64,000 nucleotides of DNA, from NCBI GenBank assembly GCA_007376185.1, contig VMFS01000003.1, forward strand, positions 25,983 to 89,982. Direction: 5' to 3'. This stretch comes from Parcubacteria group bacterium Gr01-1014_30. GTDB lineage: Bacteria; Patescibacteriota; Minisyncoccia; Minisyncoccales; 2-12-FULL-40-12. The position numbers and the translations under genes were made by a program. This document shows, piece by piece, positions 37,442-45,138 of this stretch. Each line of letters starts with the position of its first letter. The first letter of the stretch is position 1. The notes beneath the pieces are model-generated. The model did no database searches, was not told the DNA's origin, and saw nothing but the letters and a program-made list of their open reading frames with translations.

Positions 37442-38782
37442 ATGGCGGACTTGAAAAAGATAATTTCACCAACTGCTTTATTAATTATTTTGGCGCTTAG
37501 CATAGGGCTGACTCCCAGTATTCCAGTTGGCACTCTGGAAGGCTTGGAACGGACAATTGACATTCGGGGAGAAGACATTTGGATTCTTGTCTTGTTTTTT
37601 TTCTGGCTGTCTGTTTTTCTCAAATCAAGGCAAGAGCAAATTGAAAAACCTCCTCTTTTTTTACCAATACTTTTCTGGTTAGGCGCAGGCCTGGTGAGTT
37701 TGTTAATTAACTTGTTTTTGGGGAATATTAATGTGCCGCGAGGAGTTTTTTACTTTGCCAAAGAGCTGCAGTTCTTTTTCGTTTACTTTTTCACTTTTTT
37801 CCATGTCAGAAGTTTAACCACCACGAATAAGCTTTTTCGCATTTGGCTTTTTGTGGCGTTGTTAAACATCGTTTGGGTGTTTTGGCAGATTTTCTTCATT
37901 GGCAGAAGGGGCGAATACGGCACTGCTGCTCTCAATGAATGGGGAGTTTTTCCAACCGGAGCTTTCTTTTTGATTTTGTTTATCTTCATCTTCAACTGGT
38001 GGCTACATGTTTACTGGAAGGCAGGTTTTCCGTTCAAGAAAAAGTACTTGTATCTTGGAGCGATTTTAATAATTATTGTGGGGATTCTTGGCGCTCTTTC
38101 CAAAACGGTTTTTATTGCTTTTTGGGTTGCTCTTTTGATAAGTATGATTTTGTACGTATTAAAGACGAAAACATTAAAAGATGCGTGGGCCTCTTTTTTG
38201 CTTTTTTTGACCGTGGGATTGTTTACCTTCGCCGCTTATCTTTCAGTAATACTGCCAAATCTCCCTGCCGCTGAGCGTTTAATGAAGATTTTTTCTTCTT
38301 CGGATTTGGCCGGGGACGTTCAACGAACACGTTTTGACGTTTCAGCGTTACAGCTTCAAGAAGCGCTTGAGCGGCCTTTAGAAATTTTGGGGCCTAAAGA
38401 AAGCATAGGGCCACTGGCAAACTTTTTGTTGGAAGTTTCAAAGTACGCTTTTGGCCGGGGCAAAGGAGCAATTTTGTTGGGTCCTGAGAGTCACAATCAC
38501 TATTTGCGAAATTTCATAGAAACCGGCATTATGGGGAGTTTGCTTTTTTTGACGCTCATGGTAGCTGTTCTGTATTTTGCGTGGAAAGGATTTAAAGACG
38601 CAAAAAACGCAGTTTCTGTCGGGCTTGCAGCTGGGCTCCTTGTAGCTACTCTGACAGTGCTTTTTATGTCAATCGTGGTTGACGCTTTCATAGTTGTTAA
38701 ACCCAACATGACCTATTGGTTTTTTGCGGGTTTGACAATGGCAACATTATACTATGGAAGAGCGCAAACAAAAGGAAATTGA
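37442..38782 (+). CDS. O-antigen polymerase/ligase-like (Wzy-type) membrane protein
   Basis: About 10 or more TM helices with a large late loop (GPESHNHYLRNFIETGIMG, ligase-type H..Y/N motif). Confidence 0.55.
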   Translation: MADLKKIISPTALLIILALSIGLTPSIPVGTLEGLERTIDIRGEDIWILVLFFFWLSVFLKSRQEQIEKPPLFLPILFWLGAGLVSLLINLFLGNINVPRGVFYFAKELQFFFVYFFTFFHVRSLTTTNKLFRIWLFVALLNIVWVFWQIFFIGRRGEYGTAALNEWGVFPTGAFFLILFIFIFNWWLHVYWKAGFPFKKKYLYLGAILIIIVGILGALSKTVFIAFWVALLISMILYVLKTKTLKDAWASFLLFLTVGLFTFAAYLSVILPNLPAAERLMKIFSSSDLAGDVQRTRFDVSALQLQEALERPLEILGPKESIGPLANFLLEVSKYAFGRGKGAILLGPESHNHYLRNFIETGIMGSLLFLTLMVAVLYFAWKGFKDAKNAVSVGLAAGLLVATLTVLFMSIVVDAFIVVKPNMTYWFFAGLTMATLYYGRAQTKGN

Positions 38783-39509
38783 ATACTATGACAAGAAAGT
38801 TGGCGACTTTCAAAGGTTTAAGCCTTCTTTTTTAAGCAGTTATAAATTTCTTTATCAGCTGCTGAAAAACAGGTGCAGAGATAAAGTTGTTTTAGATTTT
38901 GGCTGCGGCGCAGGATTGCACAGCGTACAATTAGCGAAAATGGGAGCAAAAAAAGTTATAGGCATTGATTTGTCGGAGGCTTCTTTGAAGGCGGCAAGAC
39001 TAAGACATGAAATGCAAGATACGAAACACAATATACAATTTATCAACATGGATTGCGAGAACCTGGATTTTGCGGATAGTTATTTTGATGTTATCTTTGA
39101 TGGCGGAACTTTTTCCTCAATTGATTTGGAAACAACTTGGCCGGAACTGATCAGGGTTTTAAAACCGGATGGAGTTTTAATAGGCATTGAAACGTTTGGG
39201 CATAATCCCTTGACCAACTTGAAGCGGAAATTTAACAAACTGACCGGCAATAGAACTGCGTGGGCGGCAAAGCATATTTTTAGAATGCCAGATTTGGCCA
39301 AAGCCAAAGTATATTTCGGCAGCACTGAAGCTTATTACTTTCACTTAGTTTCCTGGCTGGCATTTCCTTTTTTGCGTCTTCCCGGAGGAAAGTTACTGTT
39401 AAAGATACTTGAACTTACTGATAGAATACTCTTGGAGCTGCCTTTTTTGAGAAAATACTCGTTTAAGGTTGTGTTCATTTTTAGCGAACCGAAAAAGAGC
39501 AATAAATGA
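38754..39509 (+). CDS. Class I SAM-dependent methyltransferase (type 11)
   Basis: VLDFGCGAGLHS. VIFDGGTFSS. LKPDGVLIGIE. Confidence 0.7.
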   Translation: MEERKQKEIEYYDKKVGDFQRFKPSFLSSYKFLYQLLKNRCRDKVVLDFGCGAGLHSVQLAKMGAKKVIGIDLSEASLKAARLRHEMQDTKHNIQFINMDCENLDFADSYFDVIFDGGTFSSIDLETTWPELIRVLKPDGVLIGIETFGHNPLTNLKRKFNKLTGNRTAWAAKHIFRMPDLAKAKVYFGSTEAYYFHLVSWLAFPFLRLPGGKLLLKILELTDRILLELPFLRKYSFKVVFIFSEPKKSNK

Positions 39510-39543
39510 TTAAGCCTTTTGTTTCAGTAATAATTCCTTGTAG

Positions 39544-39605
39544 GCTCGCTGAGACTTCGTCTCCTCTCGCACACTGCGCTCGCTTGCGTGAGCGAAGATA
39601 AGAAC
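39544..39605 (+). repeat. 62-nt palindromic module flanked by a ~43-47-bp duplication of the GT2 gene start
   Basis: gctcgctgagacttcgtctcctctcgcacactgcgctcgcttgcgtgagcgaagataagaac. Flanks 39515-39543 and 39624-39652 are a 29-nt direct repeat with 1 mismatch. Confidence 0.75.
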
Positions 39606-39614
39606 AATAAATAA

Positions 39615-40598
39615 ATGACGACCCCTTTTGTTTCAATAATAATTCCTTGTAGAAACGAGGAGAGATATATAAGTAAGTGTTTGGAAACGATTTTGGCTCA
39701 GGATTACCCCAAAGACAAAATGGAAATTTTAGTTGTTGACGGTATGTCTGAAGATAAAACCAGAGAGATAATTAAAAATTGGAAATTAAAAATTGGAAAT
39801 TTAAGATTATTGGATAATCCCAAAAAAATTGCGCCTTCAGCTCTCAATATAGGCGTAAAAAACAGCACAGGGGAAATAATAATGAGAATGGACGCTCATG
39901 CCCGCTACGAACGAGATTATCTTTCAAAATGCGTGAAGTACTTGAAAGAATACGGCGCTGACAATATCGGAGGAACGATGAAAACCCTGCCCCAAAAAAG
40001 TACCATTGTCGCCAAAGCAATCGCGCTGTCTTTGTCTCACATATTCGGAGCCGCTTCCCGATTTAGAATAGGGGAAAGTCAACCGGTCGCTGAACTTCGT
40101 TCATCTCCTACCCTTCGCTCCGCTCGGGTCAAAGAGGTAGACACTGTTTTTGGCGGATGCTACAAAAGAGAGGTTTTTGACAGAATAGGGTTTTTTAACG
40201 AAAACTTAATTCGTTCCCAGGATTTGGAGTTTAATTTGCGCTTGAAAAGAGCCGGCGGCAAAATAATCTTACATCCTGATATTGTCAGCTATTATTATCC
40301 CAAGCCGACTCTGGGCGAATTTTTCTGGCACAACTTTCAAGACGGCATTTGGTCAATCCTGCCATTGAAGTTTGTCAAAGTTCCTTTTAAGTTAAGGCAT
40401 TATATTCCCTTGATTTTTGTTTTGACTCTGCCCTTGAGCTTTTGGCCGTATATTTTGCTTTCTCTGTTTTTTTCTCTGCAGATTGCCGCTCGAGAGAAAG
40501 ATTTAAGGTTGTTTTTCGCAATGCCCTTGGCTTTTGCGACAAGACATTTTGGTTACGGTTTGGGTTCAATTTGGGGATTAGTTAAGTTAATTTTATGA
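39615..40598 (+). CDS. Family 2 glycosyltransferase carrying an in-frame insert and a 14-nt tandem duplication
   Basis: VSIIIPCRNEERYISKCLETILAQDYP...ILVVDGMSEDKT...RMDAHA. C-terminal TM helices. Confidence 0.75.
   Translation: MTTPFVSIIIPCRNEERYISKCLETILAQDYPKDKMEILVVDGMSEDKTREIIKNWKLKIGNLRLLDNPKKIAPSALNIGVKNSTGEIIMRMDAHARYERDYLSKCVKYLKEYGADNIGGTMKTLPQKSTIVAKAIALSLSHIFGAASRFRIGESQPVAELRSSPTLRSARVKEVDTVFGGCYKREVFDRIGFFNENLIRSQDLEFNLRLKRAGGKIILHPDIVSYYYPKPTLGEFFWHNFQDGIWSILPLKFVKVPFKLRHYIPLIFVLTLPLSFWPYILLSLFFSLQIAAREKDLRLFFAMPLAFATRHFGYGLGSIWGLVKLIL
39770..39806 (+). repeat. 14-nt (2 x 7) tandem repeat aaattaaaaattgg x ~2.5 inside a CDS
   Basis: Read directly. Encodes IIKNWKLKIGNLRLL. Confidence 0.7.
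40083..40130 (+). repeat. In-frame GC-rich module (~48 nt) related to the GCTGAAACTTCG family
   Basis: Encodes PVAELRSSPTLRSARV between RIGESQ and KEVDTVFGGCY. The gctgaacttcgttcatctcct core resembles gctgaaacttcgtctcct. Confidence 0.55.
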
Positions 40599-41236
40599 AA
40601 CGATTTTTTGACTTTACAGCAGCTTTGTTTGGGCTGGTTTTGCTTTCGCCCTTGCTCTTACTTTGCGCAATTTTAATTAAAAGAGAATCGCCGGGACCCG
40701 CTTTTTACAGAGGAATCAGAATCGGCAAAGAGGGCAAACCTTTTAGGATTTTTAAGTTCAGGACAATGGTGCCAGATGCAGAAAATCTGGGCGGCCCTTC
40801 AACAGCGGGCGACGACCCGCGGCTTTTGAAAATCGGCAATTTTCTCAAAAAATACCAACTGGACGAGCTGCCGCAACTGATTAACGTTTTGAAAGGCGGT
40901 ATGAGTTTGGTGGGTCCCAGGCCAGACGTGATAGGAATGGTTGAGCTACTAATAGCGGAGGAAAAAAAAATGATTTTGAGTCAGATACCAGGGATGGTTG
41001 ATTTGTCATCCCTTTGGAATTTTAATGAAGGAGAAAGATTGGCTGGTAAAATAGATCCTCATAAAGTATACTTAGAAGAAATATGGCCAACTAAAAAAAG
41101 GTTACAAATATATTATATCCAAAATCGAAGTACTTGGCTTGATATTAGAATTATTTTTAGAGCAGTATTTAAAATATTTGGTCTTAACTGGTTTGCAATA
41201 AAAATTCATGTTGGAGAAGAAGTGTTTAATTTGTAA
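40595..41236 (+). CDS. Initiating polyprenyl-phosphate sugar phosphotransferase (WbaP/PglC bacterial sugar transferase family)
   Basis: RFFDFTAALFGLVLLSPLLLL...ESPGPAFYRGIRIGKEGKPFRIFKFRTM...DELPQLINVLKGGMSLVGPRP. Confidence 0.8.
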   Translation: MKRFFDFTAALFGLVLLSPLLLLCAILIKRESPGPAFYRGIRIGKEGKPFRIFKFRTMVPDAENLGGPSTAGDDPRLLKIGNFLKKYQLDELPQLINVLKGGMSLVGPRPDVIGMVELLIAEEKKMILSQIPGMVDLSSLWNFNEGERLAGKIDPHKVYLEEIWPTKKRLQIYYIQNRSTWLDIRIIFRAVFKIFGLNWFAIKIHVGEEVFNL

Positions 41237-41633
41237 AAAACAATTTTTGGTGAAACCATATCGGTATATAATTGGAAAGTTTTGTTCGCGCGTGTGTTAC
41301 GGTGCTTTTTTAAAGAGTTATATGAAGGGGCTCCGAAATCCATGGTGGAAAGGCGGTAAGAATAAGAGTACGTGGAGATTAAGAGTGTTAGAAAGAGATA
41401 ACTATACCTGCCAAGGATGTGGAATAAATGATTCTAGGGTTCTTACAGTAGACCATATTAGGAATAAGTCATTGCATAAAGATGTGATATATGAAATTAG
41501 TAATGGTGTCACTTTATGCGCTAATTGCCACTTGATCAAAACTAAAGAAGATAAAGAGCTTAGTGCAGTATTCAGTAAAACTTCAAGTAAAACTGTGCGT
41601 AAAACGCTTTTAGGAAGATATGCCAAACTATAA
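41208..41633 (+). CDS. Free-standing HNH endonuclease with N-terminal zinc ribbon
   Basis: RVLERDNYTCQGCG...LTVDHIRNKS...NGVTLCANCH. N-terminal CLICKK...FCSRVC. The region is AT-rich. Confidence 0.7.
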   Translation: MLEKKCLICKKQFLVKPYRYIIGKFCSRVCYGAFLKSYMKGLRNPWWKGGKNKSTWRLRVLERDNYTCQGCGINDSRVLTVDHIRNKSLHKDVIYEISNGVTLCANCHLIKTKEDKELSAVFSKTSSKTVRKTLLGRYAKL

Positions 41634-41910
41634 AGAAACAGCGAAAGATGCAAGGAAAACAGTCCTCCGCTTAATTTACAACGCCCAGACAAGCCACATA
41701 GGTTCAAATTTTTCGGTAGTGGATATTTTGACAGTTCTTTTTGATAAGGCGGATTTAGACAGAGACAAAATAATCTTGAGCAAGGGATGGGCCGCGGCTG
41801 CTCTTTATTACTTTTTGTGGCGCAAAGGCAGAATTACGGAAAAAGAGCTGAACAGTTATTGTCAACATGTAATGTGCGATGAATGTAAAGGGACGGGCAA
41901 AAAGGCTTAA
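41620..41910 (+). CDS. Transketolase N-terminal (TPP-binding) subunit, 5' fragment, with a foreign CxxCxGxG tail
   Basis: TSHIGSNFSVVDILTVLF...DKIILSKGWAAAALYYFLWRKGRITEKEL is the transketolase N-terminal pattern. Ends with HVMCDECKGTGKKA-stop. Confidence 0.7.
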   Translation: MPNYKETAKDARKTVLRLIYNAQTSHIGSNFSVVDILTVLFDKADLDRDKIILSKGWAAAALYYFLWRKGRITEKELNSYCQHVMCDECKGTGKKA

Positions 41911-41941
41911 CTTTTGCAACTGGATTTGCTATAGTTAATAT

Positions 41942-42757
41942 GTGCCAACAGGAGTTTATAAAAGAACAAAATCAGCTTGGAATAAGGGCCATAAAACGGT
42001 TCACTCTTTTATTTGCCAAACATGTAATCAAGAATTCTTTTCTGAAAGGACAAAAGCAAAATTTTGCAAACGCTCTTGTATAAGAACAGATACACAATTT
42101 AAAAAAGGGCAAAAACCTTTGTATGCATTCTCCAAGGGCATCATTCCATGGAATAAAGGCAAGCGAGAACTTGTTAGAAGGATTTGCCCAACCTGCAAGA
42201 AAGAGTTTTCTTTCGTATTAACAGGTAAGGGAAGCAAAAAAAGAGGTCAGAAATTTTGTTCTGTGGCGTGTAACAGAAGTGATACACAATTTAAAAAAGG
42301 GCATACTTTGAAGCTAAGAATCCTTCATTCTGAAGTAACGAAGAAAAAGTTAAGCGAACTCGTTAAAGAAAGAACTGCTGCAGGAAAACATAATTTTGTT
42401 AAAGGCCATCAATTTGGATTTAAAAAAGGATCTGTCCCTTGGAATAAAGATAAAGATTTCGGCAGCACAGAATATCTTGCAAAAAGAATTTCGTGGTTAA
42501 CACTATATCGTGAATGGCGCCTATCAGTTAAAGAGAAAGATGGATTTAAATGTACAAACTGTGGGGGTAAAAATAATTTAAACGTTGATCATTATCCAGT
42601 TTCTTTAGCAGAGCTTATACGGAAATATAAAATTAAGAATCCACAGGAAACAAAAAAGCGTAGAGAATTTTGGGATATTAAGAATGGTAGAATGCTTTGC
42701 GTTTCGTGTCATAAACAGACACCAACATATGGGAAAAACTTTGTGCGAAAAGTGTAA
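41942..42757 (+). CDS. HNH-type homing endonuclease-like protein (GTG start) inserted within the transketolase gene
   Basis: Repeated zinc-ribbon/NUMOD-like units (FCKRSCIRTDTQFKKGQKP, FCSVACNRSDTQFKKGHT, PWNKGK). C-terminal KCTNCGG...NLNVDHYPVS...MLCVSCH. Confidence 0.6.
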   Translation: MPTGVYKRTKSAWNKGHKTVHSFICQTCNQEFFSERTKAKFCKRSCIRTDTQFKKGQKPLYAFSKGIIPWNKGKRELVRRICPTCKKEFSFVLTGKGSKKRGQKFCSVACNRSDTQFKKGHTLKLRILHSEVTKKKLSELVKERTAAGKHNFVKGHQFGFKKGSVPWNKDKDFGSTEYLAKRISWLTLYREWRLSVKEKDGFKCTNCGGKNNLNVDHYPVSLAELIRKYKIKNPQETKKRREFWDIKNGRMLCVSCHKQTPTYGKNFVRKV

Positions 42758-43289
42758 AGGTAGTGGGAAAATATGGAGTAAATGGATTGGCCTTATAGAA
42801 CCTGTCCACCCCGATCTTGTATTTGCAACAGGGTCTATGGGCGGCGGGCTTCCAGCCGGAGTAGGTTTTGCTTTGGCAAAAAAATTAAAGAAAGAAAAAG
42901 GGACTATTTATGTAGTCGAGTCAGACGGAGGAATGCAAGTAGGTACAACGTGGGAAGCAATCCAAATCGCGGCGCAGTACAAGCTCAACAATTTGGTTTT
43001 GATAGTTGATGACAACTCTTTACAGGCAATGGGCGAGACGAAAAAAATCTTAAACATACATCCTTTGGATAGAAAATTAAAGTCATTTGGCTGGGACGTT
43101 CGAAAAATAAACGGACATAATTTTGCGCAAATTGAAAGGACGATTTCCTTCAGAACAAAAAAGCCTTTGGCCATAATCGCCAAAACAATAAAGGGTTATC
43201 CGATTTCCTTTATGCGTGGAAATAACATTTTTCACTACAAGAACTTGAGCAAACAAGAGTATCTAAAGGCCCTAAAGGAGCTAAATTAA
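42729..43289 (+). CDS. Transketolase N-terminal subunit, 3' fragment, with a foreign CxxCxGxG head
   Basis: Starts MGKTLCEKCKGSGKIWSKW, then ATGSMGGGLPAGVGFALA...VVESDGGMQVGTTWEAIQIAAQYKLNNLVLIVDDNSLQ (TPP-binding motif region). Confidence 0.7.
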   Translation: MGKTLCEKCKGSGKIWSKWIGLIEPVHPDLVFATGSMGGGLPAGVGFALAKKLKKEKGTIYVVESDGGMQVGTTWEAIQIAAQYKLNNLVLIVDDNSLQAMGETKKILNIHPLDRKLKSFGWDVRKINGHNFAQIERTISFRTKKPLAIIAKTIKGYPISFMRGNNIFHYKNLSKQEYLKALKELN

Positions 43290-43331
43290 GGACTTGCGAT
43301 GTCGATAAGATTAAAGTCGATAGATTAAAAA

Positions 43332-43832
43332 ATGGGGAAAATAATAAAAAAACAGGATTCAAGAAGGGTTTTTGTGGAAACGTTGGATAAACTTGCGAGA
43401 AAAAACAAAAAAATAATAGTCGTAATTTGCGATGTGGGCTTTAACTATTTGGATAATCCGAAGTTGAAATTTAAAGTCATAAATTTCGGGGTTACCGAGC
43501 CCACCGCGGCAATAATTTCGGCAGCCCTTGCCTTGGAAGGTTACTCCGTCTGGTTTTATTCAATGCTTAACTTCGTAACTTTCAGGGTTCACGAGCAAAT
43601 AAGGAACGCAATCTGTATGCACAAAGCTCCGGTGAAAATTATTGGAGTGAAGGGTTCAGAGAAATACAAATTTTTGGGTTTTTCGCATAACCTGCTATGG
43701 GAAACAGAAGAAATAGAATGGCTCAAAAAACTTCCCGGAATGAAAACTTATTTGCCAAAAAACAACAAAGCCGTTAAAAAAGCGGTTTTGGAAGCCTACA
43801 AATCAAAAAATCCCTGTTACATAAGGTTGTAG
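43332..43832 (+). CDS. Transketolase C-terminal subunit homolog, short (pyrimidine-binding domain only)
   Basis: RRVFVETLDKLARKNKKIIVVICDVG...INFGVTEPTAAIISAALALEG. Only 166 aa. Confidence 0.6.
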   Translation: MGKIIKKQDSRRVFVETLDKLARKNKKIIVVICDVGFNYLDNPKLKFKVINFGVTEPTAAIISAALALEGYSVWFYSMLNFVTFRVHEQIRNAICMHKAPVKIIGVKGSEKYKFLGFSHNLLWETEEIEWLKKLPGMKTYLPKNNKAVKKAVLEAYKSKNPCYIRL

Positions 43833-43842
43833 AAATAATAAA

Positions 43843-43874
43843 CCCCGGCAGGTCAAAAGACTAGCCGGGGTTTT
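43843..43874. terminator. Bidirectional intrinsic terminator
   Basis: aaa-ccccggc-aggtcaaaagacta-gccgggg-tttt lies between convergent genes 43332-43832 (+) and 44007-44666 (-). Confidence 0.7.
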
Positions 43875-44006
43875 CTCTAATATAGGCCGACTCAAATCGG
43901 CTTCTTCTCAATGTCGTACAGTTCAAGATAATCTTGGTAAGATGAGAGGGCCGGCCCCGCGGAAACGCTTTCCACACCTTCCACCAAAGGAAGACGCTTG
44001 GCTTCG

Positions 44007-44666
44007 TCAAAGCCGTAAGCTAGGAAAAACTTCTGGCAGAACCCTGTCGTTCCCGAAAGCGGTCTTGGTGCCGCTTTCTATCATCTCGTCAAGAGAGGTG
44101 ATGAGAGTAATGGACTCGTTGGAAAGGTTGCCGTAATTCGTCTGCAAACGATGCAACGTTGCCCAGCGATTTTTATCAAGGGGCATGCACCAATAAGCGG
44201 AAAGAAAGATGAACCCCTCCCGTTTGTTGTCGGGATCGGCCGCGTCAAGGGCGGCCTTGCTAACCGTGTTCAAGAACGTGCCAAAGGGAACGCAGTTTGC
44301 GCAAATGATGCGTTTAATCTCTTTAAGCATCACCCGGTGTCTATGAGATACGGGTCGGTTCAAAGCCGGCGTCATGGAAAAGATTTCCTGGGGCGCGTGT
44401 CCCAAAGCCGCAAGTTCCGCAGTTGAGACCGCGGTCTTCTCCAACGAAAGCTCTTCTTGAAGCTCTCGGCGGAAGGTGTTAAGGGGTCCGCTGTCGGTTC
44501 TGGCCGACTCCCCAATCCAGTTTCCTCCAATAAAGTTGAGTTGATGTCTGAATAACTTGATGGGGAAATCACCAGTTTTGCGTTCAAGGAAGATGCGATT
44601 AGGGTTAATTCTGGGATAAATGATTCCAACACTGCCAATGTGCGAAATCCGAGGTCTTTTTTCCAT
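44007..44666 (-). CDS. Hypothetical protein, possible divergent Nudix fold
   Basis: GGNWIGE...FRRELQEEL loosely resembles an expanded Nudix box. Weak. Confidence 0.3.
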   Translation of the reverse strand: MEKRPRISHIGSVGIIYPRINPNRIFLERKTGDFPIKLFRHQLNFIGGNWIGESARTDSGPLNTFRRELQEELSLEKTAVSTAELAALGHAPQEIFSMTPALNRPVSHRHRVMLKEIKRIICANCVPFGTFLNTVSKAALDAADPDNKREGFIFLSAYWCMPLDKNRWATLHRLQTNYGNLSNESITLITSLDEMIESGTKTAFGNDRVLPEVFPSLRL

Positions 44667-44719
44667 TTCTCCTCCTTCCGTTTCTGGAATTCCTGAATAT
44701 TCACCTAATAAGAGCTTTA

Positions 44720-45091
44720 GGGGACAGGACTCAAACTAGAGTCACCTTGAGAAGCGAAAAAAATGAGATGATTTCAAGGCGCAACGACGCAGGCGCACTA
44801 GCGAAAGCGGATGCGTCAAGGAGGAGCAACGCAGAAATCAGCCATCGAGCGTTAGCGAAGATAAGGAAGAGATTTATCTCTTCCGACATTTTTTCGCTTC
44901 CCCCAAGGGCGGGCAAATTAGGACAATCTTCTTCGTTGTTCCGATTCCTTCGGAATCGAGAATCCTCGACAGCTTCGCTGTCGGGACTCGTCGTTAGCGT
45001 ATCTCGTTCCGCAGATACGCTCAGCTCCTCGCGCCTATAATCTTGCCCTAATTCGCTCCGCTCAAGTGATTCTATCTTGAGTCCTATCCCC
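44720..45091. mobile_element. 372-bp non-coding MITE-like element with ~31-nt terminal inverted repeats
   Basis: Left end ggggacaggactcaaactagagtcaccttgag. Right end ctcaagtgattctatcttgagtcctatcccc. The interior is a chain of short hairpins (gattccttcggaatc, cgacagcttcgctgtcg, agcgtatctcgttccgcagatacgct) plus the gaagagatttatctcttc core. Confidence 0.6.
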
Positions 45092-45138
45092 TTGGGATAT
45101 TACTTGATTTTTGGACTAAGTCAAGATATGCTTTATAT

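Noticed and set aside
41620-43289. An intein or split intein in the transketolase subunit.
   Set aside because: A stop codon and a new start separate the halves. The extensions are only 14 and ~19 aa. No intein blocks (N-terminal Cys/Ser block A, C-terminal HN + Cys/Ser/Thr) are present. The endonuclease has its own GTG start in another frame.
43942-44136. A 64-aa + strand ORF, and 44151-44426 / 44747-45040 + strand ORFs.
   Set aside because: They are antisense to the 44007-44666 gene or lie inside the non-coding MITE-like element. Their Arg/Ser/Ala-rich composition reflects GC-rich repeat DNA, not coding sequence.
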